Shown: one piece after another, positions 11,499 to 24,940 of the stretch
Position numbering within the stretch: the first letter of the stretch is position 1
Layout: each line of letters opens with the position of its first letter
From: Chiloscyllium plagiosum
Lineage: Eukaryota
NCBI RefSeq assembly: GCF_004010195.1
Contig: NC_057718.1
Coordinates: forward strand, 22,924,952 to 22,969,056
Reading direction: 5' to 3'
DNA: 44,105 nt
The notes under the pieces: generated by a model
Database searches by the model: none
What the model saw: the letters and a program-made list of their open reading frames with translations, nothing else
What the model was told of the DNA's origin: nothing
Program-made: the position numbers and the translations under genes

Positions 11499-12200
11499 TA
11501 GTCATAGAGATATACAGCATGGAAACAGACTCTTCAGTCAAATTCATCCATGCTGACCAGATAAACTTAATAAATGTAGTCCCATTTGACCCATATCACT
11601 CTCTAAACCCTTCCTTTTCATACACCCAATCCGGATGACTTTTAAATGTTGTAATTGTACCAGCCTCCACCACTTTTTCTGGTAGCCCATTCCATACACT
11701 CATCACCCTCTGCATGAAAAACTTGCCTCTTAGGTCCCTTTTAAATCTTTCCCCTCTCACCTTAAATTTATGCCCTCTAGTTTTGGACTCCCACACCCCA
11801 GGGAAAAGACTTTGTCTATTAACTCTGTCCATGCCCCTCACAATTATATAAACATCTATAAAGTCACTCCTCAGTCTCTGATACTCCTAGGAAAATAGCC
11901 CTGGTCTATTTGGACCCTCGCGATAGCTCAAACTCTCCAACCCTAGCAGTATCCTTGTAAATCTTTTCTGAACCCTTTCAAGTTCCACAACATTTTTCCG
12001 ATAGCAAAAAGACCAGAATTACATGCAATATTCCAAAAGTGGCCCAACCAATGTTCTGTATGGCAGCAAAATACCCTCCCAACTCCTATACTCAATACTC
12101 TGACCAATAAAGGAAAGAATATCAAATGCCTTCCAAGTTATCCTATCTACCTGTGATTCCACTTTCAAGAATGTACCTGCACTCCAAGGTCTCTGTTCAG
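11499..12200 (-). mobile_element. CR1 (HER1-like) LINE, 5'-truncated
   Basis: ORFs 11596..11841 (MRGMDRVNRQSLFP..KTRGHKFKVRGERFK) and the end of 12019..12300 (LYRTLVGPLLEYC-like) are CR1 ORF2 C-terminal sequence. Confidence 0.92.
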
Positions 12201-14997
12201 CTCTAACATAGCACGGGCTGCTATGAGAAACAAACCTGATATCAAGTCGCCTATATCTTCCTTGAAACCAATGGAAGGATATAATTTTAAAGAAAATCAC
12301 GTATTGTATCTGGTAATGGTTCTGAAGTAGTTAATGCTCACAAGACATTGGCTTCACCCATTCTATTGATATTGAACTGTCTGTGGGAGGAGACAAGGAG
12401 TTCTACTTCAGCTTTTGGAGTCAGAAGATGCCAGTTTCCCAAGGTCCCAGTAATTATGCTTGACCAAATGCAATAAGCCGTCTTGATATCTAAGAAAGGT
12501 GCCCACTCTGTGGATACTATACAGTGATTTGGAGGACTGTGGCAGCAAACCACCTCAACTATACCTACCAGTATTATATACTGGTAGAGATGGTGAATAC
12601 CAGGAGTGGCCAGCTGAGAAAATACCATGCTGGATGACCCTGAAGAGTTGATTAATCTGTCTCCTGCCATGACTTCCTGTAAGTCCATGACTTCAAGGAC
12701 AGGACCAGCTCCTGAGTGACATCCCATTAGCCTGGTTAGTATCATATAGAAATCTGCTGACAGACACATTGGACTCCTGTGATTGGAATCAGGGTTTCAC
12801 ACTTCACTGGTACATTAATTCTGTCTCACATATAATTAGGTTCATTAAGCCCTCTAATCAGGTCCACTAATGATGTTGTTAGCATTCACCAGATCAATGA
12901 AAAACTGATCAATTAAAATAGGTAGAAATGCAAAAGGGTGATTACCTCATCTGTGTTTATGTAATTGACTTTTTGGAAGAGATTTTCTTCTCACGAACCT
13001 CCCTTCCCTGAGGACAAACTGCAGTTATCTTCTGTCCATTTCATATGATCTTTCCCTTTAATGTATTGTTAATATGTACATCTACAGTGCCAATGCTGAC
13101 CGGTGTGGGTAACTATCAACCTGTAAAAACAGGCTAATATTTCATCTCTGCCTAATGTCTTGCAATAGCCAAAAAGAAGCTGCGTCCTATATGCAGTCAC
13201 TCAATTCTAAACTCAGCAGCAGGTTTCGGAGTCATAACCTTTCACTTACTTCAGATGTGGTTTAGTTTATTTGTTTTATGTGATGGTTTGCCACTTGTTT
13301 CTGAGCTGATTTCCAAAGATATTTGTGAACAGACATTTGGTAAATTGGCCTATTACTATGGAAGGTGAGGTGTCACTGTCCATAACAGTGGGTGGAATTT
13401 AGTGATTTCCCCATCTACTCCTGGGTTGAGTTTGTATTTGGAAATAAGGTCAGGGAGTGTTGGCTTTGTGTGATTAGGCAGGATGGTATGAGTTGGAGAT
13501 GGTGGCACTTTCCCATCTTCCTCTGTTTTAGTCCAGCGAGGGAAGTCTTATGGGTTATGATGTCAGCAGCTTGTGTATGTCAGCAGCTCTCAGAGGCCAG
13601 ATTTTCACCACATTAGGCGATGTCCTGCAATCAAATGTCCCCAGATCTGAAAGCCCCAGAAAAGTGCTCCGTGTTTCTGCTTATTCTGTTCATCCAATGC
13701 TCCAGTGGCGTAGTGTGTTGGTGCTTAAGATGCTGTGAAAACTATAGGTTTTCTTTGAATGCTAGATCATCATCTACACAGAGCAAATTTGTTAAGAAGA
13801 GGAGCTTTAGTACATACACAAGATAAGGTTAAATAACTTCATGTTCATGGTGTTAGTAAGGTTTGAAGGTATGGCAACTTGTGAAAGGTAACACGATAAA
13901 TCCAGGTAGCTTCCAGATTTTTATAAAAACCTTGTTGTTCATGAATGTCCTTTTTGGAAAGGAATCCAATAATCCTACACAGTATCGCAGTTCCATGATG
14001 TTTAATAGGGTCTTAATGTTGTCAGAATTGGCAATAAATAACTCCTAATCATAGCTGTTCACATCCTGAAAGAAAAGATGAAAAAACTGCCTTGTTTTAT
14101 CAGTGCATAGTTAAGGAGTGGTATTTGTTCATCGTTGATATAACTAAGGATTTTCATTTGGATAGACATCAAACTCTTTGATTGTGATGGTCAATGAGAT
14201 CTATATTCACAGTGAGTTCTGCTGTGCTTCTTTTGTGGAGCAATCATCAATTACGTACGTTGCAGATAAGGAATTTTCAGTACCAACACATATCAGATTA
14301 TTTGACGTTATCCTTTTAAGAGACATTTTTGGCAACTTGTGATGGCAGTGAAGCCCTAAGTTTGTCACATAATGAGACAATCCACTGAACATGGGGCAAA
14401 GGGAGAGGGAATAGGAAATCATCAGGTCTTTTGAATCTTTTTTTTTGATGAGTTTAAGAATGCTATTCACATAGAAGATTATGTAAAATGTATTTTTGTA
14501 TCAATGTGGAAAGGGGATTGTTGAAAAGAGTGCGATGGCAGCAGATTGGCAGGATTTAAACTGTTCCTGTTCCCGATAATGACATTTCGCATGTCCTGTG
14601 ATGTTGCTGTAATTACTTACGATCTCAAAAAGGAGATAATCTTCAAAGTTCTCTAATTATCTGAGGTTGTGCTGCATTACATTAGGACTAGAAAGAACAG
14701 TTTGTGCTGTGAAATGGAACCCAATTCTGTGCACAAATGTGAAAACTTCTTGACAGCATGTGTGTGTGCCCAACATGTGACAGTGAAAACTACATCAGTG
14801 AGAATTGAGAATGACAACACCTATAGAATGGTCAATGCAATGCTCAGTGCTCGGCAGACACGTGGGAATAGGTTAGAAATATATCAACACCACTGCTTTA
14901 TTATTGACATAGATCTTAAAGAGCTTATCTGTTTACCTGCAACAAAATAGTCTCTAATTTTTTTTAACTGAAATGAATTGTAACATGATCAAAACTT

Positions 14998-15321
14998 GGG
15001 CGGCATGATGGTTAGCACTGTTGCCTCACAGCACCAAGGATCCAGGTTCAATTCCAGCCTTAGGGACTGTGAGGAGTTTGCATGTCTTCCCTGTGTCTGT
15101 GTGGGTTTCCTCTGGGTGCACTGGTTTCTCCACACAGTCCAAAGATGTGCAGATTAGGTGAATTGGCCAAGCTAAATTGCCTATAGTGTTCAGGGATATG
15201 TAGGTTAGGTGCATTCGTTGGGGTAAATGTAGTGGAATGGGTCTGGGTGGGTTAATCTTCAGAGGGTTGGTGTGAATTTGTTGGGCCGAATGGTCTGTTT
15301 CCACACTGTAGGGATTCTATG
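14998..15321 (+). mobile_element. HE1/V-SINE-type SINE, full length
   Basis: GGGCGGCATG..GGTTAGCACTGTTGCCTCACAGCACCAAGGATCCAGGTTCAATTCC (A/B boxes), V-domain, tail GTTTCCACACTGTAGGGATTCTATG. Confidence 0.92.
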
Positions 15322-17379
15322 TTTCTAAAATGACTTTGCAGAGTGGCCAGTTGATAAAACATTATTTGGGATGAACGTGGTCAGCATGATAATGCAGCTG
15401 GCATTTTAAACACATCCACACAAAAGAGATTCTTTATTCCACCTTCAATAAATCTTTATAAACAATAATGGAAGATGTAACTTAGAGGAATGATCTTTTG
15501 TGATGAATATTCGATGTTACACATCCCCCAGGGTATTGTTTGGGAACTGAACTCCTGATCTCTTGTCAGCTGGGTAACATGTTCAGTTGGAAGAACTCCT
15601 ACAGGGAACTACCTGTTACCAAGTGATGCTGATTACTTTTCCTGCCCACACAAGGGGATCTTTCCATCTTCATGACCTCTTGGACTCCGTGATTGTGCCC
15701 AGATGGACAACCTGGGTATTCTATGGTTGTTTGCTTGCTCCACTACCACTTAGCCACTGTCAGTGGCGATGATCTGCACTCATAATGGTTCTTGCTCTTA
15801 AGTGCTGACCCGTTACTCTGGAACTCTGCCCCAACTCCTGCTGCCCCCTGTCTCTACATAATGCTTCTCTGCCAGTCTGTCTGGTTAGAGAGACAGCACA
15901 AGCATGCACACTTCCAATTCCTCTTCTTGGTTCTCTAATCATAAGTTTCCAGGCTTCTTCTCCTGCATTGTCCCTTGCCAATAGCCTCTGATTCACCCTC
16001 CCCCCAGCTTCTCAAAGACATTGCTTTCATTCTTGTTTAACAAGGCCATTACTCCCTGCAGCAAGAGTCCACAAGGATCTGATGTATTGTCACACACCAT
16101 CTGTCTGGTGCGCATTGCTACATTAAAACAAAGTCACCTGAAAGTTCAACAAAACCTGATATTAGACAATAAGAAGTCATAAATGGGTTCTGATGTGCTG
16201 GCAAAGTAAAGAAGAAAACTTACCTTCAAATACAGAAATACTGTTGAGGGTTGGTCTAGTGAAGCTAACTTGAGGCCTATTGACAAGCAGTAACAGGAAC
16301 ATTGATGTACGAAATCCTTAAACCATTTCTGATTTCTGTTTAATTTGGTCAATATGTTATTTTTAAAAAAAAACAGTAGAAACTCCTTAAAAGGGAAGGC
16401 TAAAGCCAGAATTAATTTTGTGGGAATGTTTTCATGGCAAGTGAAGGCTGCCACCATCAACTCTAGGATAATGGGCGTGAGAAATGTTTTTGTCCTAACA
16501 CATTTAAATAACAAAAGCTAATGTTGACTAATTTTGTCCACTCGATGCTGCTCTCCATTACATAGTGATCAACATATTTTACTTCAAAACAATCATACTG
16601 GAACAAATTATCACCATTTCCAAATTTAACTTTCTGATATTGTGTAAACAACTTTGTGGATTGTGCTTACTCAATGCCAAAAAAGACATTTCAAGTTTGT
16701 TTTCCAATGCACTCAATCATGGCACTTGACTTCACAGGGCATAGAAATTAAGAAGCCAGCAAACTCAACCTGTTGATCTCAGAGCTTTTTGATATGTTTT
16801 TCATTTTGTGAAGAAATATCGTACTAGAACTCTGGTACACTTTTAATGGCCACAAATCCTTGTAAGGATTATATTAGTGCTGCATAATGATGATTGTAAC
16901 AGGGTTCTGTTGCATGCAATATACTTGTCAATGAAGCTTTCTGCTCCTGCACTGATGGGAGCTAGTTCTTCTCCAGGACACTGAGGAGTCCCACAACTCT
17001 GCTCTATGTTATCCTCCTGGCCACAGCATAAGACTGAGTATGAAGCTAAAGAAAAAGTGTTTCATACAGAATTCACAACCTCTTCAAAAAACTACTGCTG
17101 AGGCAGGGGGCAAATGAAGCAAACGCCGTAGAGTTCAAAGTTACTCATGTATCTGCTCTTTTTGATAGTGAGGTCCATCTGTGACCTGATCATGAAAGAA
17201 AAGTCCCTTCTGGTTCAGATTTCTACCTCAGCAATGCTAACATCCAACTAGATCTCAGATGTTGCTAAGGAAGATTTTGTCAGGTTGATGAGGCTGTGTT
17301 TGTCAGTATCATTTCTGGTGCCTTTGTTGATGTCCAGATTCATTCTTGTCTTTGAAGACTTTATAGCGTTTGATGCAAC

Positions 17380-17520
17380 TGAGTGGCTTTCTGGGACATT
17401 TCAGAGGGCACTTAAGAGTCAATACACTACTGTGGGCCATAAGTCATATTTAGGCCAGGCCTGGTCAGGATAGGAGCAAAAATGGCATCTTGCCTAAACT
17501 GGATGTATTTGAAACAAACG
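17380..17520 (-). mobile_element. Fragment of the third SINE family
   Basis: CATTTCAGAGGGCACTTAAGAGTCAA..TGTGGGCCATAAGTCATATTTAGGCCAGGCCTGGTCAGGAT is similar to 10740-10820 and 30985-31030. Confidence 0.5.
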
Positions 17521-18671
17521 CAGAGAATATGAGAGAAACTACTGGAGGAGGCAGGAGACCTGTAGCATTTATTTTTGAAAAGGCCTGCTGATCCAGGCCA
17601 ATCAGGCAGTAGCAAGGCCAGTAACAGCCTTCTCTAGGGACAAAATCCCCAGGTGTAGAGGGAGGAGGGGGAGATAACCAGCCGACAGGTTATAACCACA
17701 TGTAGCTGCTGCCAGAATGGGACCTTCATCTGACCTACCTCCTCCCAACCCCATGAAATCATAGGGTCGCGGAATGGCCAGGCCACAGGTAAACAATGTA
17801 ACAGGAGACAAGGGATCATGGGAAAGGGGGAGCGTAGGGAGTGGTGTCAGAAGAAAGGACCAGGAATGTCTGTTACTTGCGGCCCTCCAACATTCCCAAA
17901 GACCCACCCCTATCGATCAAGGACTGGTTCCCTTTGATCTCCCCGAAGCGTCAAATGGACTACACAATCTTGTGTGTGCCACATCGTGACATATGAGAGG
18001 TTACTATAAGTTGCAGTGGCTGATGGCCTTTCATGATCATTAAATGGACCCACAAGGCCATGAATTGGTATTCGGGCAGGAACATTGACGATGAGCCCTG
18101 GTGACCAGAATCAACTTCACTCAGAAGACAGTGGGTGATCGGGTGAAATATAGCACGCCTAACTGAATGCTCTTCCTGCCCACAAACTCACCATTGGCGA
18201 GAGCAAATGATTGTGCCCAATGCTTGTAAAAGTCCCCTAGACCAGATCTCAAGATTATGCCATTACCTGGTTAAGTTAGTGTCCTTTTGCCATTACAGAA
18301 TTTCTCAAAATCCCATTGTGGCTATGTTTTAGTGCTGGAGTGGTTTACATTTCATAATGGGAAGATGTTGTTAAACATCCTTGGGAAGATTTCTACCCGT
18401 TTCCAGGTAGGGGTTAGAAGAAGGCAGTTGTGGGGTTGAGGGAACTGTGGAATGGGTAGATAGTTGTGGAGCCAGTGCACGGCCAGTAGCAGAGAGGTGA
18501 GCCAGGATGGAATGGATTCCTGGTGATGCTTCCCATTGGTGGATTGTTAGAAAGTGGGCGGCTGAGTAGCATTTATGCAGGTCTTGTTAAGAGCCTCTTT
18601 ACCAGGCTACCAGCATTTTGTCATCAATGGAGCCAGACCACCTCCACTTCTGGCATCCTAAGACTAGAAAT

Positions 18672-19025
18672 CCATAAGATGTAGGAGCAGAAGTAGTCTA
18701 TTCAGCCCATTGAGTCTGTCCTGCCTTTCAATGAGATCTTGGCTGATCTGATAATGTCTACTTTACTGCCCTTTTCCAGTAATCCTTGATTCCCTTACTA
18801 ATTAGAAATCTGTCAATGTCAATCTTGAATATATTAAATAATACTGCCCTCTGTGGTAAAGAATTTCACAAGTTCACTGCCCTCAAACAGAAGAAATTCA
18901 TCCTCTTCTCTGCCTTAAATGTGCAATGCCTTATTTTGAGATTATGCCTTATAGTCCTAGACTCTCCCACAGAGGGAAACAACAGCCCTGCATTTATCAA
19001 AGCCCCTAAAAATCTTATTCGTTCC
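18672..19025 (-). mobile_element. CR1 LINE 3' end
   Basis: ORF 18866..19096 includes LFPSVGESRTIRHNLKIRHCTFKAEKRMNFFCLRAVNL; terminus CCATAAGATGTAGGAGCAGAAGTAG. Confidence 0.82.
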
Positions 19026-19387
19026 AATATTGGAAAGATACATCCTTGTAGCAGGTGGAAGCGATGTTGGAGGATGGAGGTAATGGTGAAATTCACAGCT
19101 TGATACTCAATGGCCTAAAAAGGAAGTGGTGGGCTGGGAATGGTCGCTCCCACAGCCTAAGTGATTCCCCCACAGCAGGGGTTTGCTTATTAATTCTTGG
19201 CCTTTTGATTTTCATTTTTGTTTTATTTACCTGGTGATATGTGTGTCTTTCACCTGCCTCAGGAGTGCCCACCTCTCTCATTGGCACTCCAAAGGCTTCA
19301 GGCCTTCTATGCCTCTGACAGGCCTCTGATAGTATCAAGTGGTAGACCATCATGCGTAACTGAGCCACAGGTAGCTGAATACAAGTC

Positions 19388-19639
19388 TATGCGGAGTTTG
19401 CAATTCTCACCATATCTCCGTGGGTTTCCTCTTGATGCTCCAGTTTCTTCCCACAGTCCATTGTCCATGTTGAATTGCCCATAGTGTCCAGGGATGTGCA
19501 GGCTAGATGGATTAGCCATGGGAAATGCCGAGTTACAGAGAGAGGGTAGCAGGGTATGTCTGGTGGGATGCTCTTTGGAGGGTCAGTGTGACTTGTTGGG
19601 CTGAATGGCCTGTTTCCACACTGTCAGACTCTATGATTC
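19388..19639 (+). mobile_element. HE1/V-SINE-type SINE, 5'-truncated
   Basis: Starts in the V-domain (GGAGTTTGCAATTCTC..GTGGGTTTCCTC); tail GGCCTGTTTCCACACTGTCAGACTCTATGATTC. Confidence 0.85.
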
Positions 19640-19699
19640 AATAAAGATGTTGCACTTTAAAATATCATTTGCAAGTCTTCAAATTCCCAAGACACGTGA

Positions 19700-19821
19700 T
19701 TAGAAAAGGTTTAGATGGATATAGGCCAAGTCCAGGGACTAGTTTAGTTTGTGACTCTTAGTTAACAAGGATGAGTTGGACTGAAGGGTCTGTTTCTGTG
19801 CTGTATGATGCTATGACTCTG
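19700..19821 (+). mobile_element. CR1 (HER1-like) extreme 3' end
   Basis: GGTTTAGATGGATATAGGCC...GAGTTGGACTGAAGGGTCTGTTTCTGTGCTGTATGATGCTATGACTCT. Confidence 0.8.
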
Positions 19822-19916
19822 AGATGAAATCATTGAATTGTCCCATGGCCACAAAGTACAGGCAGGCAACCTACCTTTCAGGCCAAGCCTGGGGTCCTGC
19901 AATTAAGGGTAGAATT

Positions 19917-20211
19917 TGGGTGGCACGGTGGCTCAGTGGTTAGCACTGCTGCCTCGCAGCACCAGGGTCCCATGTTCGATTCCAGCCTCGGGTGACTGAC
20001 TGTGTGGAGTTTGCATATTCTCCCCGTGTCTGCGTGGGTTTCCTCCCATAGTCCAAAGATGTGCAGGTTAGGTGAATTGGCATGCTAAATTGCCTGTAGT
20101 GTTAGGTGGATTAGTCGGGGTAAATGTTGGGGAGTGGGTCTGGGTAGGCTGCTCTTCGGAGGGTCAGTGTGGACTAGTTGGGCTGAAGGCCTGTTTCCAC
20201 ACTGTAGGGAA
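19917..20211 (+). mobile_element. HE1/V-SINE-type SINE, full length, relatively young
   Basis: GGCACGGTGGCTCAGTGGTTAGCACTGCTGCC (A box), GTTCGATTCC (B box), V-domain with CpGs retained. Confidence 0.93.
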
Positions 20212-22616
20212 TATAATATAATATATAATAATTTAACCCTTGCCTCCAGCTTGTACAAGTGCCCGATTGTTATCATTAATCTGCCTGCTAATTTCTGTAT
20301 CAATGGCAGTGCTGTAAAGGCATAGAATACTGTGGCCAGTGTCTCAGAATGCATGTGAGGCTACTAATGGAGCAATCCAAACACCTGAACCATTGTTTCA
20401 TGCAAATTAAACAGCCTCTGCCCTGCCTTGGGCTTCACAGTATGATACCTCAGCCTTAATGTAGAAGTGCTGCAGAGAAACCAGGAAGCTTAGATAACAA
20501 ATACAGACATCATACCTCTCCCAGCACACAGCAGTCAAGGGTCTCTTACCTTGTATGTCAGATAACTGTCAATCAATTGGCATGCAGATTTACAAAAGCA
20601 GGAGATCAAGAACCTACTGTGTATACATTATTATACGATAAGGTCCAATTGTAGGAATGGATGTAAAATCATTAAGAGATAAATAATTACTATAAAAACC
20701 CTAAATTGTAACTAATGTTTATAAATGTTTGAATTGAAAAAGAAGCTTAATTCTTCTCTTCATCCATTAACAGAGGCGTATTAATTGTAACAACATGCAT
20801 TAATTAAGAAAAGATAAAGTATTATGAGTAAATGTCTCAAATCTTGTAGAATAAAATACTTATCTGGCTAAACAACTAATCATAATGTTTAATTATTATA
20901 TTGTGAGGCATAGATTTTCATCCTTAATCTGTGGTAGAAGACAAATATTATTAATTGATTTTATTTGAAAAGCACTGGTCTCAGCATGAGTAATTCCCGT
21001 TTATAGTATTGGATGAAGATAAAGCTATTAGTGATGATGTTTAAACAGTCATCTTGAGCAGCGCCATAGAAACGAAATAAGGAGCATTAAGGAGTAATTT
21101 ACAGTGCCATTGTCTTAGAAATGTCATTTCCTGATTGGTCAGGGAGACAATTTTTCAATTTGTCCAGGCAACTGTAAACAGGACCAGTGGCGCAAAAGCT
21201 ATAGTTTACCTGTGAAACAAATTGCGTACGTGTTCCTTGTGGTAATGTAACAAATTTGTAACATGGGGTATTGCAGCATTGAAACAACTTGCCTGCACAG
21301 GAGATGATGATGTCAGGCATCCTCCAGAAATCATTTAGGTGGAACATGTACTGATTTTCTCAATCACCTAAGGCCTTCCAGACTGTGCCAAATAACATTT
21401 CTATAAACGTTAGTTGGTGTGAAGGCAAAACAGATAGCCCTCAAAAACAGGCGAGCAATTGTGAAGTGCAATTTTTCTGTGACCGTTCATTGTAATGCAG
21501 TCAGTGTGCTAACTTGATCCTGCCTTCCCATTTGAATGATTGAGTCAGTTCTAATTGTATTCTTCATTGTGTCAGCAATGGGCCCAGTATCATAACTTCC
21601 TAATGCTGGTTATGTGAGCGCACTCAGCTTAAAGCAAGGATGCACTTTGTTAAAAGGAGATACCCAGTGGCTGGAGGAGGGGCTGGCAGTCCAGCTGAAG
21701 TGATTGTGACCTGGAAAACAGTGAAGAGTGGAAGGCAGCATGCTTCAAGGTTTTTTTTGTAATGTACTGGGGATCCTCGATGGAGGAGAACCTACAGTCA
21801 TCTCCCATGCAGTCAGCATTTGCCTTCTTGCCCTTAACACCCCATTGTTGTTTTTCTGTGAGACTGGCTGGCACTGATTATTCTAGCTATGTATGGCACA
21901 AACTGCAGCCTGGCCTTCTAGACCCAGAACTGCTTACGGGTCATCCTGCAAGATCATATCATTCGTCTTGTCCACTGGAAAACCTCTTCCAACAGCATGC
22001 TGCAGCCCAACTGGTGCAATACACTTCAGGAGAGGCAAAGACATGTGGACAGCAAACATTAGGACGATGTCCAAAATTGGCATTGTATGAAATATGACAG
22101 GATTTCTGTATAAACTTGGTTTGGAATGTTCATTTGGTAGTGTCCTTCAGTTTGCATTGTGGCTAAATAGGCAGTGTAATAGTCAGTAATGAAGAGCAGA
22201 TAAGGTAAGGAGTGAGACCACTGATAGCTAGGGAATAGGATTCCCAGTCACTGCTATTATGCTTGGACAGAGTGGGGCTTTCTGCATTGCCGACTGTCTC
22301 CCCTTCCTCTTCCTTTTCATGATCCACAGCCGTAAGAAGAAATTAACCAGCTACTAACCAACAAAGAATTCATTCTGTCTTTAAATAAGGCTGGTGCAGA
22401 GTTCTTCCTGTAGCTGAACCCTAGGTTGAGAGAAGAGTTTGATTTCGAAAATGGCAATGCTGCTGTCAGATCAGAATTCTTCCATGTCTCCAGGTTCGCC
22501 GTCAATTTTCTGCTGATGTTACAGCACAGGATCCGGAGAGCCTCTGGAAAAACTCCACCTGGGTATCATAGTGGTCCCTCAAGACAGATGTCTAACTTAA
22601 ATCTGAACTAAAAACA

Positions 22617-22729
22617 GGGTCTTGTGCTGCAGTGGTACTGTTCCTATCTCTGGGCCAGGAGGACTGGGTTCAAGTCCCACCCGCTCCAGGAGTACATCAT
22701 AACATGTGAAAACAGGTTAATTAAAAATA
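22617..22729 (+). mobile_element. Short tRNA-derived SINE-like element
   Basis: A-box-like TGCTGCAGTGG, B box GGTTCAAGTCCC, short body and A-rich end; no complete cloverleaf. Confidence 0.6.
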
Positions 22730-24529
22730 ATTCAATCTTAATTCGATTTGCTAACTCCCATGCAATTGTTCACTTAGATACTTTGTCCGTTCTTAAGCCC
22801 CACCTGTAGAAGTTGACATTGCAAGAGATCTTTCTTTATGTTTCCCTTTTCAGTGTCAACTGTTTGCTTAAAATCTTGGAAACGTTTCAATTATGGGTGA
22901 ATTATAATCGCCTAGGCAGCGACCTCACATTCTGTTGTCAGTTAGGAAATCAAAGAAAACACAATTTAAAATGTTTTTCATAATAATAGCAACAACAATT
23001 AATAATAGAAGACAATTCAAACAAAGCTGTAAAAATTGAAATCAAAAGTTATGTTTTAAGAGCTTTACTAGTCAATGTATTGCTGAGCATTTTTCCAATG
23101 CATGTAATGGTCATTTGCACCTTGACTGGCAGGGGTATTGCACTTGGCTTCATTTCAAGTCCATTACATTACCAAATGAAGTCTGGATCCTTCTTTCTGA
23201 GGCTGTTCTGGATTGGTCTCAAGATTCTGCTGGAGAACAGTGCTCAGTGTGCAAATTGCCCAGATCACTACGGAACATTATCAGATTTCAGAGTCCCTTT
23301 GTGCCATTCAGATCCTGTGGCACTGGCCTCAGAAAATAAAAAGTATGTCCTACTTTGCTTTTTCCTCCGATACATTCGTTTCGAGAGATTAGCACCTTAT
23401 TATAAATTGTTGGCCCATAGTTTAATGAGTAAGAATCCAACGCAAACGCGTGACTGAACCAAAGTCATTCGTGAGCCAGTCACCTCTTCAAAAGTCACAC
23501 TATACCTGGACATATTCCAAAATCAGTCCAGTTTTTGAAGAGATCATAAAATAATAGGACAAAAATTAGATTATTAATAACATTCCTCTTTCAGTAATGA
23601 CTGACTGTTGGATGGGTTGGATTGATTCAAGATAGGTATTATCCTGTTAAATTCTTTTGATTATTACAAAATCTTTGCTTTGTTACACCTTGCATAAAAT
23701 AATAATACCAGTAATTAAGTATTACCACCCAAGTAGTGAATCACCAATTAACCCAATTATTAAAAGCAAAGCTGACTTAAATAAGCCTATTACTGGTTTC
23801 AAATTACTTTCTGAACGATAAATTGTTGGAATTAAGGAACATTTAAACTAGTTTTTAATGCAACTTCTTTATAAAAGAAATGCCTTGTGACATATAATTC
23901 TCTCCTGGGTGAGAATGCTTTAGTCCAAATCATTAAAAACATAGTTACTAAAAGCAATCAAAAAGCTTAACATTGACCTTAATCTCAAAAATGACCAGAA
24001 TACAAAGGAAAATAATTAGGGACTTATGCATCAATTAAACAGTCTGTGGACCAGTCTCCAACAAACTAGTTATCTGCACTGCACCTCAATGAGGACAGAC
24101 AAGGAATCACCAGTGCGACATGGGTTAAAGTGATAAAGCATTTATTTCTAGGGCCAGAATTGTGTGTTCCCCTGTAATTGGGTTTTCAGGATGCAGGGGT
24201 GAGGGTTAGTCCATAACAGTCTCTGTATGGCTTTCCCACTGCTCTCCTGCCTTGCCAAACCTCTCCACAATTCTATGGTGAGACTGGTGAAGTCCAGGCC
24301 ACTTGTCCATGTACACACCCACCCATGTCCCAAAGACCCTTAGGTGGCCAGTCAAGTGGCCCTCGAAGTACTAAGTTTGAGGGGTGATCTAATTATGATA
24401 AAAGGATTCAAAAGGATAAATACAGATGCAGTTAGTGATTTTTGAGAAGATTTGTAGCTCGGTTTGATGATATGGAAGTGAGCTCCCTGAGCTGGAAGCC
24501 TCAGTGGAAAAAAAACTGGCTTATAAGGA

Positions 24530-24940
24530 GAGGCAGGATAGGCTGAGACTTTTTTCACTGGAGTGAAGAAGGTTAGGGGGTGAAGGGAGAGATGTTTATA
24601 AAATTATGAGAGTTATAGATAAGGTGAATGGCCGGTGTCTTTTCCCTAGGGTTGGAGATTTCAAGACTAGGGGGCATATGTTTAAAGTGAAAGGAGAAAG
24701 ATTAAAAAAAGATATGAGGGGCAATTTGTTTGACACAAGTGTGGTTTGTGTGTGAAATATACTTCCATGGGAAGTGGTGGATGCGGGTGCAGTTATAATA
24801 TTTAAAAGATATATGGATAAGTACATGAATAAGAAATGTTTGGAGGGATATGGTCCAAGAGTATGCAGGTGGGACTAACTGAGTTTGGGATGATGGACAG
24901 CATGGACTGATTGGACTGAAGGGTCTGTATCCGTGCTCTC
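24530..24940 (+). mobile_element. CR1 (HER1-like) LINE 3' end
   Basis: Plus strand encodes a decayed VYKIMRVIDKVNGRCLFPRVGDFKTRGHMFKVKGE; typical 3' UTR. Confidence 0.88.

Noticed and set aside
12338..12769. 143-aa minus-strand ORF outside recognised repeats, containing a 10-bp-stem hairpin at 12565-12587
   Set aside because: No recognisable domain or exon structure; a chance ORF or unrecognised decayed repeat is as likely.
14060..16240. Minus-strand splice-like signals (acceptor ~14066, GTAAGT donors ~14620 and ~16223)
   Set aside because: No coherent open exon chain; could at most be non-coding exons.
22617..22729. Possible tRNA gene
   Set aside because: Only A/B boxes; no acceptor stem or cloverleaf; better explained as a SINE head.
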